Counted from the stretch's first letter, positions 1 to 13,264 are shown. The stretch: DNA of 64,000 nucleotides from Chiloscyllium plagiosum (GCF_004010195.1 NC_057718.1:100899637-100963636), one strand, 5' to 3'. A program made the numbers and translations. The notes: generated from the letters alone by a model not told the origin.

Positions 1-3000
1 AGTGAAGGACTCTCCTCATCAACTTCTCCCCTTGCCTGAGACTTGGTGACACTCAGTTAAACCACCGCCACTCGTCTCTGTCCAAAGAGAAAGTGACACT
101 ATAGTGTGTTAAAACTATATCAACTTTGCCTTTAGCCTAGTTAGCTATTAGGTTGATCTTAGTTGATGAACAGGAGTAGGCTTCTGATGTTTCTGCATAT
201 GATTATTAACATTTGACTTTAGAATTAGCTTTAAGTAATGACTTGCAAAAATGTTTGACCTTTGCCATCTTCTTGGATTATTCACAAAGTTAGCTACTTA
301 AAATTCTAAGAATAGAAGATTGTTCAAAAAGCGAACACAACCGTAGAAACTTACTCAAAAACAAAAGATTGTATGTGTTTGGAAAATTTGAAATAACATG
401 TAAATACTGGGATTACTCAGCCTCTGGAGAGAGAGAAAATCAGAGTTAATATTTATGGGTGAAGAATTTTGATCAGAGCTGAAGTATCACTTGTTTTCCT
501 CTCTATAGATGCTGCTGAACTCCTCCAATGGGTTCTGTTTCTAATTGGCTGTCAGAGCTTATATTTGCCTTAGCTTTGGGCATTTGATAGAATCTATTCC
601 TCTTTAATTCATAATTAGTTTTAAAAACCATTGGTAAGAATCTGTTAGGGATTCATTCTGAGTGGCATAACATCAGGTATAAAGTTTCTCCTCTTAATCT
701 TGGAAAGGAACTAGAAAGGCTGTCCAACATTGAGACAATTGCTCTGTGTGATTTAAATAAAGTATATTAAAAGACAGATTTATTTTCCCCACAAGATGCA
801 AGCATAAGTCTATCCAGATTCTCATTCCCTCTAGCCTTGAGCACGGTTTAGATATTTAATTTTGGAAAGTGTAGACTCCATTGAGCTATGAGTTTAATTT
901 ATTGCCAGCTTTATTGCAGGTTTCGCAACTGCATTATGAATAAACTGAACGGTTAACTGTGCAGACAAATGCATTCGTTTATTTCTAGTGCTGTGTTCAT
1001 CCATCAGCACGATGACTGTCCCTTAAGGTTACAGTAGATATTGGCTTTTCGAAAGACTGAACTCCTACACCTCCCCCATGCCATGATACAATAATAACCA
1101 TTGGTACAAACAGCAATTGTATCCTTGGTTCTATTTCTATTGTCAGAAATCTAAAGGCCAGCATTTCCCATGTCCAACTTGAGGGCAGAAGGATTGGAGA
1201 GGGGGGGACTTTGGAGAATTTTTTGCACGCTCCCAGTGGATTTGGGAGTGGGGTAGGGGAGGAACACACTGTCTGGAAGAGAAGCAGAAAGCCTCTTTGC
1301 GTTTTATCAAAATGGAATAGGTATAATTTACAAAGACACGGATGGAGAGTGAGGAAGTGACATCAGACTGGATAGCTCTGTCCAGCCAAATATAGTGAGT
1401 TGAACAGCCTCCCTCTTCACTGAATGTTTTTGGACTATCTATAAGAAATAAGGGTAGATGACGAATCTTGTGCCTCCTCCAACATTTGGTTGGACTGTGG
1501 CTGAACTTCCACCTCAAAACCCATTTCCACCTGGATTCTGTGGATCTCACTCTTGGAAATGCTAAATATCCACTGCCCTCTTGGAACTGAACCCACGTTG
1601 TTGGCATCCCTTTGCATCACAAACCAGCCTTCCAGCCAACTGAGCTAACTGACCCACCACTCAGTCTGCGATGCACTGAACTGAAAGTGGTTGGTGAAAC
1701 AATACTCCTGTGAATTTTGTTTGTTGGTGTGCAGACCTCCGAGATCTGTACACGGTAGCGACCTCCAAAATTGGAAGTCAATGTGTTGGCAGGATGATTG
1801 GCGTGTGCAGAACATCCAAGTGTTTGTGCAGCTTAAAGGGAACAGTGCATGAGATGGAGGATGATCAGGGAGAAGATACAGAGGTCAAAGAAATGATCCC
1901 TGATCAGGAGCGGACCAGAAAATGTGCTCCTCTGTCAGCGGGACGGTCCTATGAAGTGAGATTAGGCAAAATGGGCCCGTGTCCTCTACAGAATGACAAA
2001 GTGCTGGAGAAACTCAGCAGGTTTGGCAGCATCTGCAGGGAGAGGAAAACCATATTAATTTCGAGTCCAGGCGGGGAGAATGCGGGTGGTTGTAATGATG
2101 GGCTAGAGTTGCTTATTACACCTTGGCAAGCTCAGCACAACAAAATAGCAGGATTTATCTTCATACATCAGCTCTGCTGTGTTGGGAGCTTCTTTTTTTA
2201 ATAGCTGCATTATTGTTGGCCCTGTTCTGTAACCAAGCTCCCCGATTCTGAATTACTGCTGTGCATTTGCCTTACCTGACTGCAGTCTAGCTTGTGTTTG
2301 AGGGGAGGGAATCAAAATGAATAATTAATGGTGCTAGAAAGATCCCTCATCTCCACGGCCTCCCCCCTGCTGTTCATTCTGTTTAAAAAGTTTGATGGTG
2401 GAAGGCTTTACTTTCAATGTACACTCCCATTCTGCATGGTGGATGCAGACGAGTGGATCAAAGACAGTTCAGGCTTGCAGTGCTGTCTTGACACTCCTGG
2501 ATTTTATAAGAACCCTGCTTGGGATTTTGATTTCTCAAGGGAAGGGTGCAGTAGACGAAGAGTGTCCTACAAGTGTTGAGGTTGTCTCTGAAGCATCAGT
2601 TTGGCGATCTAATTACCAGCCCATTTCACAAGAAGCAATCAATGTTAACGTGCACTTAAGTATAAATTGTGCAGTTTATTTATTCCTGAGTCTGCATTAC
2701 TGAATTCCGGAAGGGTCATCAATAGATAAAATGCTGTTAGAAAATGGAAGCGTTTTACTCCAAGGTCAGGGGAGTATTTGCTTTGAAGCAATACTGTGTG
2801 GTAGGTGTTGCTGTTTTGATGCATTAGCCTGATACCCCACTCTAAATATTAAGCTTGCAGTTCCCTTGGTTCCTCGTCTCTGAGGAGCGTGCAGATCATA
2901 AGGCATTTCACCCTGAGAGGTTGTTACAATTGAACATCACTGAATCAAACTCGAGAACAGGCAATGTGCCAATGATTTCCATTAGGGATGCCAAAAAAAA

Positions 3001-4547
3001 TGATAAATTCCAATTCATGAGGATTTCTGAATTTAAATAGCGATGTTTGGGTTTTTTTATTACAATATTTACAATTAACTATTTTCTAAAAAGGTCATTA
3101 AATAAATTATTTACATGTCAACGATCTAAAACGCGCTGTTCGGAAAGGCATTTTGGAGAAGCTTCAACAAAGCTTTTTGAAACGGACTTGAAAAGGATGT
3201 CTTCAATTAATTCAATTCAATTAACAAATCTGGAAATGAAAGCTAGTTTCAGTAATGATGACCATTAAACTACCATCAATCGTAGTAAAAATCTACCAAG
3301 TTCACTAATGTCCCTTAGGGAAGGTCATCCACTATCCTTACCTCCGTGTGACTCCAGATCTACAGCAATTGTTCAATTCTCAATTGCCCTCTGAACTAGC
3401 TCAGCAAACCTCTCAGTTCAAGGGAAATTAGGGGTGGGGAAGAAATGATGGCATCACCAGCAATATCCACATCCCATGAAACAAAGAAAAAGTAAACTTG
3501 TGAAAGTCTATGAGAGGAAAGAGCTGGGGGATTTGTTGGCTCCCAGTCAATCAATGACTCGACTTTAAAGTTCCCTCTTTGGTTTTCAAACTTTTCAATG
3601 TCCTCAACCCTCCCCATCTCTGTAGTCTCCTCCAGCCTCTCAAATCTTTTGAGATGTCTGCATCTAATGTGTCCTGGCACCTCCAGCATCCATTGTTCAC
3701 GCTTGATGCCCATATATTAGCTGCCTGGGCCTTAAAGTCCAGAATTCCCTTGCTGAACTGACCCAACTATTTGCCTCTTTTTATTTAAAGATGCCCCTGA
3801 AAATTTACCTCTAACTGAGCTTTTTGGCCAATTGAAACAGAAAATACTGGAAAAACTCAGCAGGTCCGACAGCATTCATAGAGAGAGAGAGAGAGAGAGT
3901 TAACATTAGTATATGTATCCAATATGATTTTCCCTTTGAACTAAGCTTTTGGCCAGTGCTCCAATACCAATGTCTGTGATTCAGTGCCTAACTTTATTAA
4001 GTGTATTGAGATATTTTATTGATGATAACTGTAGAAATATCTAAAAAGACAAAGGACAGTGTAGCCTCCATGTGTCCTGTATCACTCTGTTTCTGATTTC
4101 GGGAAATTTAATCTTTCAGGTTGATGAAATTGCTTGGTTGAAATTTTGGTTCGGAGTATAATTCAGCTGCTTTCTAAAAAATAATTTTTGATACCTGGCA
4201 TGTAGATTTGATTCAGTTGATGCTGATTTCAGTCTTTTCTTTCATGCTTTTGTTTGTTGTTTCTAGACTGTCCCATCAACTTCAAATACCTAGTATTTTC
4301 TTTCCTGCCATTTGATTAAATTCAATCTGTTTCACTTTGGTTAAATTTGACCATGCTCAGCCTTGGTCAAATATTAGCACACTGTACGATCAAAGTGAAT
4401 TCTCACTTAGCATATTGACGTGTTATAAATCAATATGTTTCTGTGTGGCGTTTCTTTATTCAGTGTTTTCAAGTTGTTTAACAGCTCCATTTTAGTCAGT
4501 ATGTTGTAGACATTGCTGGTTTTGGTGGTTAATTACTCAACTTTGTG

Positions 4548-4862
4548 GGAGGTGATGGGCTGGTGATATTATTGCTGGACTGTTAATTTAGAGACCCAGG
4601 TAATGTCCTGGAGACACTAGTTCAATTCCCGCCACAGTGGATGTTGGAATTTGAATTAGAAGTCTAATGATGACCATGAATCCATTGCCAATTGTCAGAA
4701 AAACCCATCTGGGTCACTAATGCCCTTTAGGGAAGGAAACTGCCCTCCTGTGACTCCACACCCACAGTAATGTGGTTGACTCTTAACTCTGGGCACTTAG
4801 GGATGAGGCAATAAATACTGGCCCAGCCAGTGACACCCATGTCCCCTGAATAAATTTTAAAA
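4548..4862 (+). mobile_element. tRNA-headed SINE of a further family (not named)
   Basis: A/B-box-like head (...GTTCAATTCC), body CACTAATGCCCTTTAGGGAAGGAAAC, tail GGCAATAAATACTGGCC. Related copies near 3220-3490, 33000-33320 (-), 49670-50025 (-) and 56570-56879 plus 57471-57517 (-). Confidence 0.6.
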
Positions 4863-6074
4863 ATAGCCTACTTTGCTTACCCCTAAACCTTCTGGTACTG
4901 CTATTAATGTCAAAATCAAAATTTTAATAATAGCATTTTGTCTGTCATATCAGTTCTGAGGAAGGTTATCTGAACCCAAAAGTAACTCTGATTTCTCTCC
5001 ACAGATACTGCCAGACGTGCTGAGCTTTTCTGGCAATTTTTGTTTTTGTTTCCATCATACCAGTGCTGATTTTACTTGTTCACATGAGTCTTTGGCTGGA
5101 TTTCCCCAACTCAATCTCCTCTGCTGTAAGGAAAACAATCCCAGTCTGTCCAATCTCACTTGGCAATATACATTTGATGGCACCATGGAGAAGGGAGGCA
5201 TGGACTGCGGCCTGATGAGCACCCAGGGGTGTGGAGGACCTAGATGTAAGGTGTGATTTATGGAGGGGTGGAGTGTGGAAGAAAGCGGAGCTGGTTTTTG
5301 CGGCTGAAGGTAAGGGAGTGCGGGGAGAGTGCAGAAAGAAGGATCAAAAGGAAGGACGAGGGGAGTGGCTCAAAGTGGACAATCGTACAACACACAGTCT
5401 GCCAATCAGGCACTACTTGCCTTCAATTGAGAGAATTTACTCACCCTGTGCCAGCGGAAAAGTGCCTCCAGATTGACCTGTCCAGCATGATGACAGGTCC
5501 ACCCTCAGCAGTTAATTCCAAATCTGGCAGCTTTGAGGTCCTTACATGGCCGAGGCTTGGCCAATTGGTAGCAGAGTGGAAGTAGGCCACAGGCCTAGTC
5601 AAGTGACCTTCCCAACTCTACGTTTACCACCCCTGGGAGCACAAGATTCTGATCATAGTCTCATTTTTTTGTGGCAAACAGGTCTGTATAATCCAATATC
5701 ACAGGAAGGAAATTATCCAATTTCTAGTTGAAACTTTCCAATTGTGTCCCTATGTTCTCCAACTAAGTCATCTGTTTACATTCATGTTAGTGAAGCTGAA
5801 TGCACCTTTCCATCATCGTGAACTTCTCTCCTTTAATCTTATCTCCAATACAAGTTATTTGATATGCGTAACTCTTCTGTTCTACTATCATGAATGGAAA
5901 CACCTCAGAAGTGCCATGTACATAAGTTTTTCCCCTCTACCACCACCCCAATCATCTATTTTGATGATTTCGTCCATTTTGAACTTTTGTACGTGGAATA
6001 TGACTTCATTTGAACTCTCCTGCTGTACCACAAACAGTATCATCTATTTTATCAGTCATGTTTAAGCTATGGCT

Positions 6075-6430
6075 TAGCAGGTAGCTTTCTCGCCTTTTAA
6101 GTCATGAGGTTGTGGGTTTGAGTCCACTCGAAAACATACGTGCAGCAGTCTAAGTTGACCTTCCAGTGCAGTACAGAGGGAGTGCTGTCCTGTCAGCGGT
6201 ACCATTTTCAGGTGAGACACTAAACCTAGTCCCTGTTTGCGCCTTCTGGTGGACACAAAGTAAATTGTGGCACAATTTTGAAGGAAAGCTGGGCAGTTCT
6301 TGAAGATGCCCTGGCCAAAATTTGTCCATGTCACAAAAATAGATTATCTCACCATCACCATGTTGCCATGTGTGGGAATTTGCAAATTGGCTGTTTGCGA
6401 TATCTTTCTTGTGACGAGCTCTACAGTTCA
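6075..6430 (+). mobile_element. Deu-domain SINE (SacSINE1/AmnSINE1-like), old
   Basis: GAGGGAGTGCTG...TTTCAGGTGAGACACTAAACC...GGTGGAC...TTTTGAAG...CCTGGCCAA resembles the Deu domain. Related fragments near 1915-1990, 28270-28420, 33400-33600 (-), 36478-36730 and 45045-45290. Confidence 0.65.
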
Positions 6431-6966
6431 AAGGTGACTTCTCTGATTGTATACCATCACCTGTGGGTCAGGGAAAAAAAAACTGTAGTTTGTGGATAAA
6501 GTTTATTGAGTGAGTGGTTTATAAAATTCAGAAGGAGGACCCGAAATGTTAACTCTGCTTTCTCTTTGCAGATGCTGCCAGACCTGCTGAGTTTCTCCAG
6601 CAATTTCTACTTTTGTTTTTGATTTCCAGCATCCACAGGTCTTTGGGTTTTTGGTTTTTAAAGTGCTGCCTGTTATACCTCTCTGCTTAAAAAAAACTGT
6701 AAACTAAGGCCCGTTACTCCCAAAGAATGGTGAAAATGCACAACAGGCTTAAGACCAGCCATAACGGAGGTGTTCTGCTATTCTTTTCAATCTTGTGTTG
6801 CTGGAGATTGTGTGACGTGGATTTAATTGAATTTACCGAGAGTGCTGTTTGATGACGGATGGAAGGGATAATTGGACAGTTGCCTCTTTCTTTCAAATAT
6901 GCTCAGGGTGCACTTTGGAGCTGAAACAGTGGCAATCACAGCAGGTATGTTTCATCAACGACCAAT

Positions 6967-7297
6967 CATAGAATCCCTACAGTGTTGAAGGGGGCCACTC
7001 GGCCTATCGAGTTCACACTGACCCTCCGAATAGCATCCCATCCAGACCCACTTCCCTACCCTATCCCTGTAACCCTGCATTTCCCATGACTAGTCCACCT
7101 AGCCTACACATCCCTGGACACTGAGCAACTTAGCATGGCCGATTCACCTAACCTGCACACCTTTGGACTGTGGGAGGAAACCAGAGCTCCCAGAGGAAAC
7201 CCACGCAGACACGGGGACAACGTGCCCAAGGCTGGAATCGAACCTGGGTCCCTGGTGCTGTGAGGCTGCAGTGCTGACCATTGAGCCACCGTGCCCC
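6967..7297 (-). mobile_element. HE1-type SINE (V-SINE)
   Basis: tRNA-like head (GGCACGGTGGCTCAATGG...GGTTCGATTCC), V-domain (GGTTTCCTCCCACAGTCCAAAG..GTGCAGGTTAGG) and CR1-like tail. Confidence 0.85.
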
Positions 7298-8939
7298 CAA
7301 ACTGTTGGTTTTTATGACATCATTAATAGTTTTCATGCACATCATTACAAAGGGTGGTTTTCAATTTCAAATTTATTAAACTGAATTCAAACTCCATTAA
7401 CTACTGCGCTTCCCAGAACATTGGCCTGGGTCTCAGCTTTACTAGTCCAATAGCATTCCCTTTTAATTGCTGTCTCTCCAGGCTTAAATTACGAATATGG
7501 TACCATTAAACGTAAAGTTGCCATATTCCTACCAGACCACGAGCTCCTCTCTCATTAGAAAGGGAGATGACTGGTGGTGGTTTAACCTGAGGGTCACCAT
7601 GTTCCAAGTGAAGGGAATAGTTTGAGAAGGAGAGTCTTCACGGTAGCCCTCAGCCGGGTATGGGAATTGAACCCACGCTGTTGGCATTACCCTGCTCTGA
7701 AAAACAGTTGTCCAATACCTGGTTGTCACAGAGCAAGCAGAGCAACAGGTTCGAGTCAGAGAGGTCGACAGCATGAAACCAGGCCCTTCGGCCCAACATG
7801 CCTATGCCGTCAATTTTTCAAAAGTTAGACTGCTGTATTAAATGTGGAGGACTCTGTCCTTACAGATAGCTTCACTCATATTTTTAATCCTCATTTAAAA
7901 GTCTCCAGCAAATTGCTGGAAAATAACAGAATCCATCTTTCACAGTAAAACTACTTCATTCCCATACAATCTCCAGATTGTGCAATGACAGAATAAAACT
8001 CCATGAAAGGAGGATATCGGAGAAGCTCTGTGTTAGGTCATGCTGTGACAAGCTAAAGGGCATTGACTAAGCCAAGACGACCACGTTTTATCCAACGCTT
8101 ATTAGTTTCTCGGTTTAGTTTGTGAAACATGTGAAATTACACTCACCAAATTATGTAGATTTGTGTCGAAACAACAGTAGTGTTTGGGATTGAAGGAATT
8201 CAGTTGTGTGGAGAGACCAGAGAAGCTGCGATTGGTCTTTGTGACAGGATAGTGAAGGAGGGAGTTACAGAGATGTTGAAATGGGTGAGCAGGGCACCAT
8301 TCAGATCAGGTAGAAGTTTACTCACATTTTCATTTGTTGGAAAATGGTTGAAAAAGAACCTTCACAAATTGATTTCGCTCCAGATAATCATGTGTAAGTC
8401 TAATTACTATTCGACGTGTTATAAAGCAATCCTATGCATCTCGAATTTTCCTGAAATGTTGGAAAAACTTTTTTTTAATGTTCTTTGAGAATACAGAAAT
8501 AGGACATGGCCTCAGGAAGAATGTGTACTAGTTAATATTGATTAAAAAAAACCTATTTGTGTTGACATTTCATTGATAATATCCTTCAAGTAGATGTTTC
8601 AGCAATTAGACATCACTATACTTCCCCTCATGATCCCATTTTGTGTGAAATTCAGTGATTCATGTTGATTGTAAAAATCTTGTTTCCTTATGGTCTCTTT
8701 GTTGGTCTGGGATCCATAAAGCTGCCTTTCCGACATCCAGGACTGGATGTATAGAGATTTACTTCAAAGACTGTTAACCAATATTTTCAGTGCCAGCTAC
8801 TGAATTTATTCCTCAGCAACTGTCTCTATCCCTCTCCCTTGTTTCAGACTGGACAACCTTCAAATCCAATATGATCATTTACCTGTAGCATCACTAAAAT
8901 TACCCACTTTACTTCCAGAACATTTGGGACCAAAATCCT

Positions 8940-9600
8940 CATATATCCATCTGTGACTGTTAGATTTAACTGTTCCAACTCACTCCTGACTGATCTCCCA
9001 CATTCAAGTCTCCCTAAATCTGAAGTCATTCAAAACTCTGTTGCCCATGTCTTCACATACATCAAGTTCCATTCCCCATCACCCCTGAGCTTCTTAACCT
9101 GTATTGGCTTCTGGTTAAACAGTGCTGCCATCTGTGCTCTCAAATCTCCCTGTGGCGTCTCCCCTCTCTATCCAGGTAACTATCCAGGTTTTTGAGGATC
9201 AAGGGTTATGAGGAGAAAGTGGGATGATGGGGTTGAGAAACTTATATGCCATGATTGAATGGCAGAGCAGACTCGATGGGCTGAATGGCCAAATTTCTGC
9301 TGCTATATTTATGGTCTCATGGTCACCTTTTTCAGCCCCTCATCTTCTGAGGTATGTGCACTCCTCTAATTCTGGCTTCTTGAGCATCTCCAACATTGGT
9401 CGCTCTGCTATTGGAGACCATGCCTTCAGCTCCAGATCTCCTCCTCTCGGACTCTATTATCTCCCTCTCCTTCCTTAAGACAGTCTTACACCCTCCATCC
9501 TTGGTCAGGCTTTGGGCCTGAAATCAACTTCGATAGCTTGGTGTCAAATATTACTTTATATAGCTCCTGAAGGGAACTTCAAGCTGTTTTATTACACGAC
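8940..9600 (+). mobile_element. Old L2-like LINE 3' remnant interrupted by a CR1 tail (about 9190-9325)
   Basis: VRFNCSNSLLTDLPHSSLPKSEVIQNSVAHV resembles L2 SRLDY.NSLL.GLP...L..IQN.AAR; GRSAIGDHAFS resembles the L2 G.RAFS motif. Confidence 0.6.
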
Positions 9601-9929
9601 TTGTGGAATTATCTGCCACAGAAAGTGGTTGAGGTTAAAATATTGAATTTTTCAAGAAGGGGTTCGATTTAGTTCTTAGGGCTAAAGGGTATGGGGCAAA
9701 AGCAAGAACAGGAGCCTGAGTTGGATGATCAGCCATGATCATATTGAATGGTGGAGTAGGCTTGAAGGGCTGATTGGCATATTGTTGTTCTTGTTTTCTA
9801 TGTTTCTCATGACGCTATATTAATGCGTTCTTGTAATGGATCTCCAAGAGAATTCTGCTTTATATTGATCGGTTGCAACCCAATTTAGGTCTTACAGCAC
9901 CCCACCTTTACACCAGAGATGACAAATGT

Positions 9930-10305
9930 GTTATTTTACAGTTGGAATTCTAGGGATTGTTGAGGAATTGCAGCAGTGCCGGACTGTTCAGGGGTTTCCA
10001 AGTTATCAAAGATTCCCCGAGGCAAGTCGGTTAAATTATTATTCAGTAAGTCCGGCCCCCACTGTACTAATTGTCCGAGATGAGAGAAAACACTGGCAGT
10101 GATCCAACTTATGTGATTGTCCTGGAGATGCAGCTTCTGCTGGTTTATAATGGGCAGAATATGTTGTGCACAAGTGGCCACCCTTGTCCTGTTCATAAAC
10201 ATCTGCATCGCAAAGCCCTTGCATGGTCAGTCCTCATGCCACTCCGAAGAGTTCAGGCCCACGAGAGGTCTGACAGCGTCCTCGGAAGTGGAGGCACTGA
10301 TTCCC
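9930..10305 (-). pseudogene. Degenerate partial FLRT copy (late LRRs to start of LRRCT)
   Basis: Across frameshifts it translates to ISASTSEDAVRPLVGL / LTMQGLCD / MFMN / QKLHLQDNHI / DLLNNNLTDLPRGIFDNL / LNNP*NSNCKI. This is collinear with FLRT3 [15 protein letters not shown] / LTNQGLRD / VFMN / [10 protein letters not shown] / [18 protein letters not shown] / [11 protein letters not shown]. Confidence 0.85.
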
Positions 10306-10374
10306 TGTGCTTGGAACACACCTTGATTACTCCCCCCCACAGTTGGCTTTGCAGAATTGTGGACTCGATAACAC

Positions 10375-11224
10375 AGTGGTTGATTTTGTTCTGTTTTATT
10401 CTGCAGAAAGACCACGTTTTTTTTTCTCATTGACAAGTATGGAGAGAAAAAAAAAGGAAAGTTCCCGAATTTTAAAATGCTGAATACAATTAACATTTGG
10501 TCAAGGCACGTACAAGACTGGCCAAAGGGCTGACAATGCACTTTGGTTTAATTTTTTTTTTTGAACAGTACCTTTTTGTTTTAAACTGTGCCAACAAAGG
10601 GTCTGTGGCTCAAAGTCTAAATTTAAATTGCAGGTAATGTAGACTGTAAGCAGGAATGATGTGTGACATCCACTTTCAGGTATTACAGTTACGTCTGTGC
10701 AACACAGTTAGGCATGAACAACAAACATAGTTTCCTCCTCAACTGGGAATTAAAATTGTCTTCACCAAGTGTACTATTTAACTGTAAAACACCAACCCTC
10801 AGTAACTAGGGGGTGGGGGGAAATAAAGACCTGTGCTTGAACTACAAGATTCTCAAATAGGCTAAAAAAAAAGTCTCTGAACGCTCAACACTTGTTAATA
10901 AAACCCACTTTCACAGTTGACAAGCAATCTTCCGTCAATAGAACATGGAAATTTAAACTCTCTTAAATCTTTTTAAGATTATCAAAGAAAAAAATACAAA
11001 TTACGAGAAGTTACTAAAATAGAGAATTGCAATTAGTGATCTGGCATCCATACTGCACAATCAGCAATATTCACCTGGATTCTGCAACTTTTGATACAAA
11101 GTTCATTAAATATAAATTATATGGCAAACGTACAGTCATCTTTCCTCCAGTATTCCTAAATCCAGTGTTTCCGAGGAGAGCAGAGCCTTCCGTAGTCCCT
11201 TTCAGTTAATAGTCCCTGCAATTA
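10375..11224 (-). other. Probable FLRT3 3' UTR ending near AATAAA at 10395-10400
   Basis: Repeat-free AT-rich sequence after the stop codon. Minus strand AATAAA is followed about 18 nt later by CA and TGTGTT. An alternative ATTAAA lies at 10547-10552. Confidence 0.55.
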
Positions 11225-13192
11225 TCAGGAGTGTGAATGATCTGAATCTGGAATTCCACTGTCTCTGTAACTTCTGTTGCTACTGCTGCTTTCACTGTGG
11301 CTGTTTTTGTACAAACTCATCCCGTTTGGTGGGAATATAGTGTGTATTACAAACTCTTCCTTGGCTGCTTGGTCGCTGTTCATCGGGATCATCTGAAAAG
11401 CAGTCTCCCGAATTTCTAAGATAGAGTTGTCCTTTTTAGTGCCAGCCTCTGCGTAATCATCGTCCTTCCTTCTCCGGCCTCTGCTGTATGCACAGCTCTT
11501 GGAGAAAGGGGTTCCAGTCCTGTGCATGTAACAGCACACCAGCGCAAGCAGCGCCACCACAATCACGGCCCCTATGCCGCCTATGATCCCCGCCAGGGGT
11601 AGACTGGCACTCCTGTAGAGTTCCTTCTCCTGCTCCCTGTTGAGCGTCGTCGTGGGGTTGTGCATCCTCAGGGATGCGGTCTGTGTCTCCGTGCAGACTG
11701 GGGTCTCGTCCAACAGATAAACATTGCTGGTTTCCATGGGAACCATACATATCCGGTACAATGACTCTGGCTCCAGGGCTGTGAGTAAGTACTCGCTTCT
11801 TCCACCATGCACGATGGTCTCGGTGATTGACCCCACCGCTGGGTTATGCCCCAGCTTGAGCCAGCTGAGTCTCAGGGCGGTCATGGGCAGGGAGATCTTC
11901 CAGGTGATTCGGATGGTGTCCACACTGACAGATTTCACGTCGATGTGGATAGCCACCCGCCCAGGGGCTGCCGTAGGCTGGCGGTCCGCTTTCCTGTCAC
12001 CACCCTTGGGCACAAAGGAGGGCCAGGGACCCTGACTGGGGGAGGCCCTAACCAAACCCACAGTGGTGGGTGGCATGTCCAGGAGGGAGCCTTCCGAATC
12101 CTTGCAGTCAAACATGGTGACCGCCAGGTCCTTGATGGCCATGCCCCTGACCTTCTCAGGTGACTGGCACATCAGACCGCGCACGTTGACCCCTACTGTC
12201 AGTGAGCGCAGCCAATCCCGAACCCACTTCATCTTGCAGCCGCAGTGCCATGGGTTGTTGCGCAGTAGCAGCTGGGACAGGTTGTTCAGACGATCAAAGA
12301 TTCCCTGAGGCAAGTGGGTTAGGTTGTTATTCGACAGGTCCAGGCGTTGTAATCGCCCAAGGTGGTAAAAGGCGTTGGGGGGGATCCGGTTGATATGGTT
12401 CTCCTGGAGGTGCAGCTTCTGCAAGTTGGCAATGGGTAGAGACGGGGGCGAGGTAAGGATGTTCCGCACCAGCGACAGTTCTGTCAGGTTCATGAGATTC
12501 ATGAAGACCTTATCTCGAAGTCCTTGATTGGTCAGCAGGTTCCCATCGAGCACCAGACGCTTCAATCCCGTGAGATGACTCAGGGCGTTCTCCGAAATGG
12601 TGGCAATGCGGTTGTCATCCAACCTCAGTTCCTCAACGGTGCTAGGGAGTCCTACGGGAATACTGCTGAGGTGATTCCGAGACAAGAAGATCAATTTGAG
12701 ATCCTTGTTCTCTCGAAAAGCACCTTCTTCGATGCTAACAGCAGAGACTGAGTTATCATCCAAGTGCAGTCTTTCCAGATAAGGTATTTTTGAAAGAGAG
12801 TCCAAGGAAATCGCCCGTATATTGTTCTCCTGCAGATGGAGTTCTTTGATGTACCTGGGGACGTTGGTGGGAAACTCGTCCAGACTGTTGCTATACAGAT
12901 AAATGATTTCCACCTTCACGAGGTTCAGGAGCTCTCTGGGAATCCCAGCATTATTGATCTGATTGTTCTGCAGGAAGAGTGTGGTGGAGTCCTGTGGAAT
13001 TCCTTTTGGGATGGATGTCAAACCTCGGTCATTGCAGTACACAAAGCCAGCGTCACACCGACAGACTGAGGGACACGTTTCCACAGTAATCGACTGTGCC
13101 AGCAATCCCAGAAACAATCCCACGTGAGTCCACACGGAGAATCTCCAAATCCTGCTGATCACGTTTAAGACCATTTTTGATTGTCTGGCCAT
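11225..13192 (-). CDS. FLRT3: Leucine-rich repeat transmembrane protein FLRT3 (655 aa, whole CDS in one exon)
   Basis: Uninterrupted ORF with signal peptide, LRRNT ([19 protein letters not shown]), LRR array, LRRCT (NNPWHCGC...RGLMC), FN3 domain, TM helix ([23 protein letters not shown]) and FLRT cytoplasmic tail. FLRT3-type motifs as recalled: [46 protein letters not shown] and C-terminal [11 protein letters not shown]. Confidence 0.96.
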   Translation of the reverse strand: MARQSKMVLNVISRIWRFSVWTHVGLFLGLLAQSITVETCPSVCRCDAGFVYCNDRGLTSIPKGIPQDSTTLFLQNNQINNAGIPRELLNLVKVEIIYLYSNSLDEFPTNVPRYIKELHLQENNIRAISLDSLSKIPYLERLHLDDNSVSAVSIEEGAFRENKDLKLIFLSRNHLSSIPVGLPSTVEELRLDDNRIATISENALSHLTGLKRLVLDGNLLTNQGLRDKVFMNLMNLTELSLVRNILTSPPSLPIANLQKLHLQENHINRIPPNAFYHLGRLQRLDLSNNNLTHLPQGIFDRLNNLSQLLLRNNPWHCGCKMKWVRDWLRSLTVGVNVRGLMCQSPEKVRGMAIKDLAVTMFDCKDSEGSLLDMPPTTVGLVRASPSQGPWPSFVPKGGDRKADRQPTAAPGRVAIHIDVKSVSVDTIRITWKISLPMTALRLSWLKLGHNPAVGSITETIVHGGRSEYLLTALEPESLYRICMVPMETSNVYLLDETPVCTETQTASLRMHNPTTTLNREQEKELYRSASLPLAGIIGGIGAVIVVALLALVCCYMHRTGTPFSKSCAYSRGRRRKDDDYAEAGTKKDNSILEIRETAFQMIPMNSDQAAKEEFVIHTIFPPNGMSLYKNSHSESSSSNRSYRDSGIPDSDHSHS

Positions 13193-13207
13193 TGAGTTCT
13201 TTAAATC

Positions 13208-13235
13208 CTAGAAGGCAGAAGAAAGATAATTAATG
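13208..13235 (-). other. 3' splice acceptor of the FLRT3 coding exon (exon starts at 13207)
   Basis: Minus strand reads ATTAATTATCTTTCTTCTGCCTTCTAG|GATTTAAAGAACTCAATGG: polypyrimidine tract and TAG, 15 nt before the first ATG. FLRT genes have non-coding upstream exons and one coding exon. Confidence 0.8.
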
Positions 13236-13264
13236 TATAAACTGGGCTAGAGGTGAATAATAGA

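Noticed and set aside
9936..10208. 90-aa LRR-like ORF as a functional small gene
   Set aside because: FLRT homology runs across frameshifts and an in-frame stop, and there is no signal peptide; treated as a pseudogene fragment.
11457..13069. Alternative-frame and antisense ORFs overlapping FLRT3
   Set aside because: Expected by-products of a GC-rich coding exon; no recognisable domains.
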